Assembly: GCA_046484285.1 (NCBI GenBank)
Contig: JAWOBP010000098.1
Coordinates: 23,345 to 87,344, forward strand
Origin: Polyangia bacterium
Lineage (GTDB): Bacteria > Myxococcota_A > Polyangia > JAAYKL01
Reading direction: 5' to 3'
Length of the DNA stretch: 64,000 bases
Part shown: one piece after another, positions 28,634-41,700 of the stretch
Numbering within the stretch: the first letter of the stretch is position 1
How the letters are laid out: every line of letters begins with the position of its first letter
Translations under genes and position numbers: made by a program
The notes under the pieces: generated by a model
Database searches by the model: none
Seen by the model: the letters and a program-made list of their open reading frames with translations, nothing else
Told to the model about the DNA's origin: nothing

Positions 28634-30988
28634 TCAGCGCCCCCTGCGGCGCGTGAATCGGCTGCTGCCGACCAGGAGCACGACTCCCAGGCCGAGAGCG
28701 CCGATCGACATCCAATCGAACGGGAGCTCTGACCTCTCGGAGCCGCGGCCATTACTTTCGATTCTTTCCATACGTTGCTCGAGGCTGTCGACCCGTGAGC
28801 TGAGAGCGGCGTTCTGCACGCGCAGGTCGAGATTCTCTCGCTCGAGCTTTTCGTTCAGCCCTATTATCGCGGCCAGCGCCACGCCGTCGGCGTCGACGGT
28901 TGCGATCGACAGCTCGTCGTCGCCTAGCCCGAAGGCGGGACCGAAGTCCTGGGCGACAGGTCCCATGTGGCGTACTCCGTCAGGTTCCGATTTGTATTTC
29001 CAGGTCGTGACAGGTATCGCCGCGAGCTTGTCGAGCACCTTCGAGGTGTCGACGCGCTCGAAGCTTTCCTTCTTGTTCCTGTCGCTGACGTTGTTCCAGG
29101 ATCCGCCGCCGGAGCCCACGTATACACCCGAGGACATGGCGCTGTTCGTGTAGAAGTAGACTCCTCCGGCGGCGCGTGCGATGAATCTGTTTGGATTTCC
29201 GCAGTTGACCGTGGAGGTCGTGTCGCTCTGGTCGGACCAGACCCAGCAGCCTTTCTCTTCGGCCCTGGCTCGGTAGCCGTGGGCGAAGGAAGAGGTGCCG
29301 CTAGCGAGGTTGCCGTATCCGCCCGGGACCGTGGCCCAATCACCACTGTAGCACGAGTTGTACTGTCCGCCGCCGATCGTGGAGTAGGTTCCACTCATGA
29401 TTTCGTTGGTGTCTCCGCCCAGAATGGAATTGTACGTTCCCTCGTTCTCGACGTAGTTGTCATTCCCGCCAGCGACCACGGAGAAGTTCGATTGGTAGAC
29501 GGTGTTGTCGTAGCCACCACCCACCGTGCCGCCGATGCCGCCGGCGCGGTTGGAAAAACCGCCTCCCACGGTCGCGTACATGCCGTCGGCGCGGTTGCTG
29601 TCTCCGCCGCCCACGGAGGCGTACGACTGAGCTGCGGGATTCGAGTCGCCGTCTCCGGCCTCGTTTCCGGAGCCGCCGGCCACCACGCCGAAGTCGTCGA
29701 AAACGACATTGGGATACTCCTGGGTGGAGTTCACCCAGTAACCGCCTCCGCCGATGAATGCGGACACGGCGCCATCGCTCGAGCGGTTGCCCTCGTAGCC
29801 CCCGATGTAGGTCGACCCCTGGTTCGAGTCGTTGTGCGGTATGTACCTCGCGGCGGTGAATCCACCGGCCTGGAATCTGAGCGTGGTGTCGTCCGTCGTG
29901 CCGATCGCGTCGAACGACGGGTTGGTGCCGCTGTTGCCGGACAGCGCCCAGTAGAGGTCGCTGTTGTGCGTGTCGCAGTCGCTGCAGTTCTCCGGCAGCG
30001 AGGTGCAGCTACCGTCGCCCGAGAGGTACTGGCCGGCGGTGCAAATCGTCTGGGCGTTGGTGTCGGGCGGCGTAGAGCAGGTAAATGAGCCCGAGGTGGG
30101 ATTGATGCTCGAGACGAACTCGCCGGTGTTGCACGCACCGCTGAGAGAGACCTGGATCAGATCGGTATCCACGGAGAACTCGTCGCTCGCCAAGTCGAGC
30201 CCGTAGCCGGCCGTGTAGGTAGCGCCGGTGTCCTCCGCAGTGCAGCTGATCACACCCGACGCGCTGATGTTCGACACGAAGTAGCCGTTGCCGCAAGGTC
30301 CGCCGCTGATAACCGGCGAGTACTCGTCGGCGTGGTCGTGGTTGCCTTCGGCCACCGTGCCTGCGGTGTTGCCGAAGACCACCGACAGCTCCGGATTGCC
30401 GGCCACCCAGTCCTTGTCGAGGCCCGCGCCTGCGTAGACGTCGGTGAGCGTGCCGCCGTCCGCCCCCGTGCTGGTGACGTCCACGTCGCAGACAGGGCCG
30501 CCGTCCGGTTCCCAACCGCGCAGGAACTGGTCGCCGCCGCAAGAAAAATCGAGGGTTGGTTGGATGTCCTCCGCGACCATGTCTCCGATCTGTCGGCAGA
30601 AGCGCGCCTCCTCGGCGAAGGGGACGGAGGCCAGCCGGATTCGGTCCATCTCCTCGTCGGCCCCCACGGTGATGCCGAGCCACAGCTCGGGGTAGGGCAG
30701 CAGATCCTCGAACAGCAAGGAATTGAGCGAACCGAGGTAGACGGTGAAAAAGCCGTCCAAGACATCCACCTGGTTGGATCCGCTGTAGAGCTCCGACCAG
30801 ATCGGGCCTGCGCCCGTTTCTGTGTCGTAGATAGCGAACCGGATGTCGACCCAGCCGTCGATCGTGTCGCCGAATTCGTCGGTCAACACGCCCTGGACCG
30901 GAATCAGGTCCGGCACCTCGGCGGCGGCGCCGGTCACACGGCAGACAGCCAAACCCAGGATCGCTGCGCTGATGGCAAGCCTTCTCAT
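28634..30988 (-). CDS. Fibre-like secreted protein with Gly/Asn-rich ~14-aa repeats and C-terminal Peptidase_S74 (intramolecular chaperone auto-processing) domain followed by a TM anchor
   Basis: Signal peptide. Repeats of the form ..VGGG.SN.A.G..A. C-terminal block NNVSDRNKKESFERVDTSKVLDKLAAIPVTTWKYKSEPDGVRHMGPVAQDFGPAFGLG...AIIGLNEKLERENLDLRVQ matches the S74 tail-spike chaperone signature (S-D-x-x-x-K). Ends with a hydrophobic helix plus RRRGR. Confidence 0.75.
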   Translation of the reverse strand: MRRLAISAAILGLAVCRVTGAAAEVPDLIPVQGVLTDEFGDTIDGWVDIRFAIYDTETGAGPIWSELYSGSNQVDVLDGFFTVYLGSLNSLLFEDLLPYPELWLGITVGADEEMDRIRLASVPFAEEARFCRQIGDMVAEDIQPTLDFSCGGDQFLRGWEPDGGPVCDVDVTSTGADGGTLTDVYAGAGLDKDWVAGNPELSVVFGNTAGTVAEGNHDHADEYSPVISGGPCGNGYFVSNISASGVISCTAEDTGATYTAGYGLDLASDEFSVDTDLIQVSLSGACNTGEFVSSINPTSGSFTCSTPPDTNAQTICTAGQYLSGDGSCTSLPENCSDCDTHNSDLYWALSGNSGTNPSFDAIGTTDDTTLRFQAGGFTAARYIPHNDSNQGSTYIGGYEGNRSSDGAVSAFIGGGGYWVNSTQEYPNVVFDDFGVVAGGSGNEAGDGDSNPAAQSYASVGGGDSNRADGMYATVGGGFSNRAGGIGGTVGGGYDNTVYQSNFSVVAGGNDNYVENEGTYNSILGGDTNEIMSGTYSTIGGGQYNSCYSGDWATVPGGYGNLASGTSSFAHGYRARAEEKGCWVWSDQSDTTSTVNCGNPNRFIARAAGGVYFYTNSAMSSGVYVGSGGGSWNNVSDRNKKESFERVDTSKVLDKLAAIPVTTWKYKSEPDGVRHMGPVAQDFGPAFGLGDDELSIATVDADGVALAAIIGLNEKLERENLDLRVQNAALSSRVDSLEQRMERIESNGRGSERSELPFDWMSIGALGLGVVLLVGSSRFTRRRGR

Positions 30989-31008
30989 GGTTGTTCTCCC
31001 TCGTTTTG

Positions 31009-31437
31009 CTACTGATTCACCAGGGCGCCTACCCCGAGATCCGCCCTATATGAGCTGCTCTGCGTCGACGCCGACACTCCGCCGCCGACCGTCACCTTGC
31101 ACTCGAAATGGGACGAGCTCCGCAGGCCGCCGCCGGAGATCGTTCCGTTCATCACAGCGGTGGGCGGCTCGGTGTCCGTGTCGCTATCGGTATCGACATC
31201 CGTATCCGTGTCGACATCGGTATCGATGTCGGAATCGGAATCGGTGTCAGCGTCCGCGTCGGTATCGGCGTCAGCGTCCGCGTCGGAATCGGTGTCAGCG
31301 TCCGCGTCGGTATCGGTGTCCGCGTCGGCGTCACCCGAGGGGGCGTCATCGGCTTCCGGCACGATCAAGGAACAGCCGCAAGCCATGGCCAGGACCAGAA
31401 GACCGACCGCCAAGTCAGCGACCAGAGAGCTGGACAT
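31009..31437 (-). CDS. Short lipoprotein (142 aa) carrying only the N-terminal leader and Asp-X stalk module of the giant paralog family
   Basis: Leader ...[16 protein letters not shown] and a (DA/DT/DS)n stalk are almost identical to the N-termini of the 31593 and 35734 genes. 55 unique C-terminal residues. May be a truncated paralog. Confidence 0.5.
   Translation of the reverse strand: MSSSLVADLAVGLLVLAMACGCSLIVPEADDAPSGDADADTDTDADADTDSDADADADTDADADTDSDSDIDTDVDTDTDVDTDSDTDTEPPTAVMNGTISGGGLRSSSHFECKVTVGGGVSASTQSSSYRADLGVGALVNQ
31170..31335. repeat. Hexanucleotide (GTCGSY/ATCGGY)n microsatellite encoding the Asp-X stalk
   Basis: Direct reading. Less perfect than the other copies. Confidence 0.8.
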
Positions 31438-31592
31438 CGATTTCCTCCCGCAAATAGAGCCTTTTGAACCGTGAATTATCCTATCCTACTTGTTCTTCGC
31501 CGAACAATGAAGAGAAAAAGCGCGCCTGTTGTGGCGGGCGTGTGTGTCGACCAAAGAGCGTAAGCGCGGTCTATTTCAAGGGAAAAGAGTGG

Positions 31593-35603
<4,011 letters not shown>

Positions 35604-35733
35604 CGATCTCCTCCCGTGTCTCGATGTCGTTCGTTCCGACGAATTAGATTCGAGCTGATTGTAACCGGAAAAGGACTAAGGTGGACAGGAGTTTGTGGGG
35701 CGGTTCGGCAAGGGCGGAGACGAGGGTTGTGCC

Positions 35734-38700
35734 TTACCAGTTGTGGTACTCCAGCGCGCCGATGTCGTACCAGGGCGGATCGCCGGCGCCGTCGTCGGCG
35801 CAGCCCACGCTCTCGCGAGGAGTGTCCTCGTAGTCGAAGGCGGGCGCGCCGGTGCCGTAGGCCGAGTCGATGCACGTGCAGGAGCTGCCGTCGAGGTGGA
35901 AGTCGCCGTTGGCCGGATCGACCAGCGGAGAGGCGTCGTCGCCGCTGTCGTAGTTGCCGTAAGAGCAGTAGCCGTAGGTGTAACCACTCCAGGTGGAGTC
36001 GACGTAGCTGCAGTCGACGTGCGTACTGGAGGCATTTGGGTAGAAGTTGGGATAGTCCTTGATGGCGGTGTTGTCGAAGAAGACAGAGTTCAGCACGTCG
36101 AGATTTCCGACATTCAGGCGGCCGCAGCCATAGTAGTAGGCGCAGTTCGAGTAGAAGGTGCAATTTATCATGTCGACATAACTGTAATATGAGTATGAAG
36201 CACCGTAGTAATCGGCGCGATTGTCATCGAAAATCGTGTTTTCGATAGTAGCGTCGACGTAGTCGGAGCTGTTTCCCTCAAAATAGAGCGCGCCACCTAG
36301 TCCATCTGGGTCGGTGGGGCTCGCCGCGGAGCAATCGACACCCGGATCGGAATCCGCAGCCCAGTTCGAAGCAAAGAGGCTGTTCGAGATGTCGATTGCG
36401 CCGCCTTCCACCGCGATAGCGCCTCCGTACATGAAATCGGTGCTGTTGGCGACGGAATTGTTTTGGAACTCGCAATGATCGAACGAGGAGTAAGCGTCGG
36501 AGCCGCTCACCACGACGGCCCCGCCGTAACGGTCGGCGTTACAGTATTGGAAACTGCTGTATTCGAACACCGCGCTGGTGTCGCTTACGTACACCGCGCC
36601 GCCACCTTCGAGCACGCCGTCGTCGTTGTCGGAGTTTTCCACGGCGTTGTAGTAGAAATCCAAGTCGAAAAAGCGCGGGTTGGCCGAAGCTCCGTAGATG
36701 TAGGCCGCGCCACCGCGTTCCTGGGCGTTGCAGAACCTGAAATACACGTGCTGCAGGTCCGGGCTCGTGTTGTACAGGTAGAATCCACCACCGTATCGAT
36801 AGATGCTGTCCTGAGTCGAGTAGTCGGCCTCCCCGTAGTAGACCCGCACGCCGCGCAAGACGGTGCCGGGCCCGCAGGAACTGTCGCAGGTAAGCGCGTG
36901 ATAGACGCGGTTGGACGAGTTTCCGTCCTGTTGACCAAACAGACTGGTTGTATTGCCGTAGTGGTCCGATTGCCGGACAGAGGTTTCCGTTCCATCGAAA
37001 CCGCCGGTCATGTGGACGTTGTCCCTAAGATGTATGGTGTTAAAGGAATTACTATCATAAAGGTAATACGTGCCTCCAGCGACCCATACCTCGCAATAGC
37101 CCTTGGAGGCCGAGGAGGACTGGTTGGAGGCGTCGTCGAGCGCGGTCTGGATGCCCGTCGTGTTGTCGTTGTAGGCGTCGGCCCAGCTGGTACCGTTATT
37201 GGCTCCGCTAGCGTTTCGATCCACGTAGACGATGCAGTCGTCCTCGGCTTCGAACGCGCCTTGGTCGGTGATCCTCCCGGAATATCCGTCGCCCGGCATG
37301 TCGTAGCGCGGCTCGCCGCGGATGTCGTAGTCGGGAGAGCCCGTGCCTCCGCAGCTGTCGCAGCCGACGTCGATCAGCGGCGAGGTGCTGCTGAGGCGCA
37401 GGTCGACCAGCTGGTAGCTGTCGCCGGCGGTCACGAAGTCGGTCAGGTCGCCCCAGACCCGGATCTCGTAGCCGTCGTTGCTCGCGATCGGCAAAAAGCG
37501 CGCGTCCGTGTCGCGAGGCTTGACGTACATGTGGCTGAGGCTGCCCGCGACCCTGGGCCGATCCTCGTCGCGCAGCACGGTCTGGCCGACCTCGGGCAGG
37601 TAGTAGACCCGCTCCCACTGACCGGTCGCGGTCAGAAGAGGCTCGGCATCGAGGTAGAACAGCGGGTCGGTGTCCAGCATGCCGGTGCCGCCGCTGCACG
37701 TGCCGCAGCCGCCGGCCACGTCGCTCCAGTTGAGCTCGATGGTTCCGCCGGAATGCATGATCTCGGGATCGGTACCCCCGGTGGCCACGTCGCCCCACAT
37801 GATGGTGTTGTCGATCGTGAATACCGAAGACGAGCCGTTGACCCTAATCGCTCCACCACCGTACGCCTCGTTGGCGAAGAAGGTGCAGTTCTTGATGTCG
37901 GCGGTTGCATCATAGCAGGAGATACCGCCACCGTGATTGTCGCGGACATGGTTTCCGACGAAAGTGCAGTTCTCGAACGAGGCGTATCCAACCAGGTATG
38001 CGCCTCCGCCGTAGTAGTCGCCCGTGTTGCCGGCAAAGACAGTGTTTGTGACGTGCACGGATCCGTAGCTGTTCACGAACAGGCCTCCGCCGCTAAGATC
38101 CGAGGAGTTATTGACGATTTCATTGGCAGCGATAACGCAGTTGTCGAAATCTGGAGAGCCGCCTGCGACATAGACTCCGCCGCCGCTGTGAAACGCTTTG
38201 TTTTCAGAGATCACGTTCTGGGCAAACAGCGGAGAATGGCTTGTATCGATGTAGATACCACCACCGTCCCAGTCGGGGCTGGCCCCGTCGGCGTAGCCGC
38301 CGGTGATCACGAATCCGCTCAAGACCGACTCGCTGTCGCAACCCGTCGACGAGGTGCAGCTGACCACGTGATCCACCGCGCCGAATCCGTCAAGCAGCGT
38401 GAGATTGGCCTTTGAATCGCGGTCCGCGAAGGAGGTCTCCCAGCCGGCGAACCCACCGTAGAGCTTGACGCCGGAGCGCATCTCGACGGTGTAGGACGAG
38501 AAAGAACTGACGGCGTATCTGCCCTCGGCCACCCAGATCTCGCAGGGCGGATCCTGGTTGTCGGCGTAAATGATCGCGTTTTCGAGGTCGTTGTATGCAT
38601 CGGCCCAGCTCTTCCCGTCGTTGGCGCCCGTGGCGAGCTGATCCACGTAGACAATGCACTGCTCGCAGTAGGTGCCGTAGTAGTTGGGCACCGCCGAGCA

Positions 38701-41700
38701 GTCACAGGTATCGGTCGGCTCTTCGCAGGTGCCGCCGTTGAGACAGGTGTCGCCCGAGCCGACGCAGCTGCCGTTGCCGTCGCACTCGTCGGTCCAGGTG
38801 CACCACTGGTTGTCGTCGCAGCCGGTGCCGTTGGGCTCGTAGTTGTCCAGACAGACACCATTTCCGTCGCAAAAGTCCGGATCGTCGCACTGGGTATCGC
38901 TCGAGCTTCCGCAGGAGGTGCCGTAAGCCGCGTAGCCGTTGTCGGTGCACGATCCGCTGCCGTCGCAGTAGTCCTGGTTGATGCAATCGGTGCCGGTGTC
39001 TCCGCAGGTGGTGCTGGTGCCGTAATCATTGGTCTGACAGGTGCCCGCTCCGTCGCAGGTGTCCTGCCCGGAGCACTCGGTGGGACCGTCTCCGCAACTG
39101 GTGCCGTCGGAGACGAAGCCGTAGTCCTGGCACGAACCGGATCCGTCGCAGTAGTCCTGGTTGATGCACTCTGTGCCGTCGTCGCCGCAGGTGACGCTGG
39201 AGTCGAAGTCGTTGGGCTGACATGTTCCCGCTCCGTCGCAGGTGTCCTGCCCGGAGCACTCGGTGGGACCGTCTCCGCAACTGGTGCCATCGGAGACGAA
39301 GCCGTAGTCCTGGCACGAACCGGAACCGTCGCAGTAGTCCTGGTTTGTGCACTCGGTGCCGGTGTCTCCGCAGGTGGTGCTGCTGGGCTCTAGGTTGTCG
39401 AGGCAGGTTCCGGCGCCGTCGCAGGTGTCCGGGTTGTCGCACTCGCTGTCGCCCGGATCTCCGCAGCCGGTGCCCACGGACTCGAATTCGTCGACCGGGC
39501 AGTCGGGTCCGGAGCCGGTGCAGGTCTCGGCCACGTCGCACTCTCCGGCTGCCTCGCGGCAGACCACCGTGCCCAGCTCGTACTCGTCGGCCGGGCAGGT
39601 GTCCGAGGAGCCGGTGCAGGTCTCGGCCACGTCGCAGTCTCCGGCCGCCTCGCGGCAGACGGTGGTCGTCTCGAAGTGGTTCGGCTGACAGGTTCCCGCT
39701 CCGTCGCAGGTGTCCTGTCCGGAGCACTCGGCGGGTCCGTCTCCGCAGTCGGTTCCAGAGGAAGTGAAGCAGTCGTCGTTCTGCTCGTCGCAGGTGTCGT
39801 TGCACTCGCCTCCGCCCTCGCAGCGCGTGCCGCCGGCGAACTCGTGCTGGCAGGCTCCGTTGCCGTCGCAGGTGTCGGCTCCGTTGCACCACAGGTTGTC
39901 CTCGCACTCGCCGTCCGGATCGTCGCCGGCCGCGATCGGCGTGCAGTAGCCCTCGGAGCCGGCCAGGTCGCAGGCCTCGCACAGGCCGCCGCAGGAGCCG
40001 TCGCAGCAGACCCCGTCCTTGCAGATTCCCGAGGCGCACTGCGAGCCGGAGGTGCAGGTCGTGCCCAGCGCGTACTTGGCCACGCAGGTGCCGCCGTCGC
40101 ACCAGTAGTCGGTGGAGGGCTGGCAGTCGGCGTTGACCGAGCAGGTGCTCAGGCAGCTCTCCTCGTCGGCGCAGGTCAGGTGCCCGGCGCACTCGGTGCC
40201 GCTCGCGTCCTGCGTGCAGGTGCTGGTCTGTCCGCCCGAGCAGTGCCAGTCGTAGACCAACTCGTCGCCGCCGATCTCGCAGGTGGTGTCGCAGAGCGTC
40301 TCGGGTCCGTAGCGCTCGCAGTATCCCAGGCCGTCGGCGCAGACGCCGGTGCGGCCGCAGCTGGTCGGGTCGGGATTTTCGGTGCAGTCGTTCTTCGGGT
40401 CGCCCAGCGTCTCGCCCTCGCCGTCTGTCGCCACGACCGCCCGGCAAGCACCGGAGCTGTTGCAGACCTGGCAGCTGCCGGCGCAGTCCGGGTCGGAGTA
40501 GGTGGCTCCGTGGAAGCCGACCGTGCCGTCCGCCTCGGGAAGGCAGAGGCCGTCGCTGTTGTCGCAGGTCATGCACTCCCCGGTGCATTCGCTCTCGCAG
40601 CAGTGGTCGTCAACGCACAGGCCGCTTTCGCACTCCGAGCTTAGCGAGCACTCGGAGCCGAGCACCAGGTCGGCGGTGCAGACGCCTGCCTCGCAGTAGT
40701 AGCCTTCCGCGCACTCGTCGGCGCTGCAGCTCTGCTGGCAGGAGCTGTCGTCCGCGCACTGGTAGCCGCCGCAGGCTCCGATGTCCTCCACGCAGGTGCC
40801 GCTCCCGTCGCAGTAGTAGCTGGTGAAGACCGGGTTCTGCGGGTCGGTCGAGTCGCAGATCGGATCCCCGCAGGGGGTGTCCGGCGCCACGTACTGGCAG
40901 GCGCCGCTGATGCAGGTCCCCGTGTGCCCGCAGTCGCTGGCGTCGCTGCAAGCACCGTTGGGCTCCAGCACGCCGTCCAGCGGCTCGCAGAGCTGGCTCG
41001 CCGAGCAGGCCTCGCAGACCTCGCACTCGTCGTCCGGGTCCTCGCCGGCAGGAATCGCGGTGCAGTAGCCCTCGGAGCCGGCCAGGGCGCACGACTCGCA
41101 GAGCCCGGCGCAGTCGCCGTCGCAGCATACGTCGTCCACGCACAGACCGCTGTCGCACTCGTAGCTCTCCAGGCAGCTCTCGCCCAGCACGACCAGCGGC
41201 AGACACGATCCGCCCGGATCGCAGAAGTAGCCGTCAGCGCAGTCGAAATCGTCGACGCAGGTCGCCGCGCAGACCTCCTCGGTCGCGCAGGCGTAGTCGT
41301 TCGGGCACGGCTCGTAGGTCCCCATGATCGTGCAGCCGCCCAGCGTGCCGTCGCAGTACAGCGGCGCCTCGGCCGCGTCGAGACAGGTCGTCCCGCACTG
41401 GTAGTCGCTGCCGCGCAGCTCGCACGCGCTCGCGCCGTCGCAGTCGCCCGTGGTCGAGCACTCGCCGTCCGCACCGGGAGAGCAGTCGTTGGCCGGGTCG
41501 GTCCCCTCCAGCGCCGGAGCGCAGGCCCCCGAGACGCATACCTCGCAGGTGGGGCAGTCGTCGTCCGGGTCGCTGTCGTCGAGCACGTAGGTGCAGACAC
41601 CTTCGAAGCCCTCGATGTCGCAGCGCTCGCACGCTCCGTCGCAGGCCGACCCGCAGCAGACGTCGTCCACGCAGTTGCCGCTGTCGCACTCGTAGTCGTA

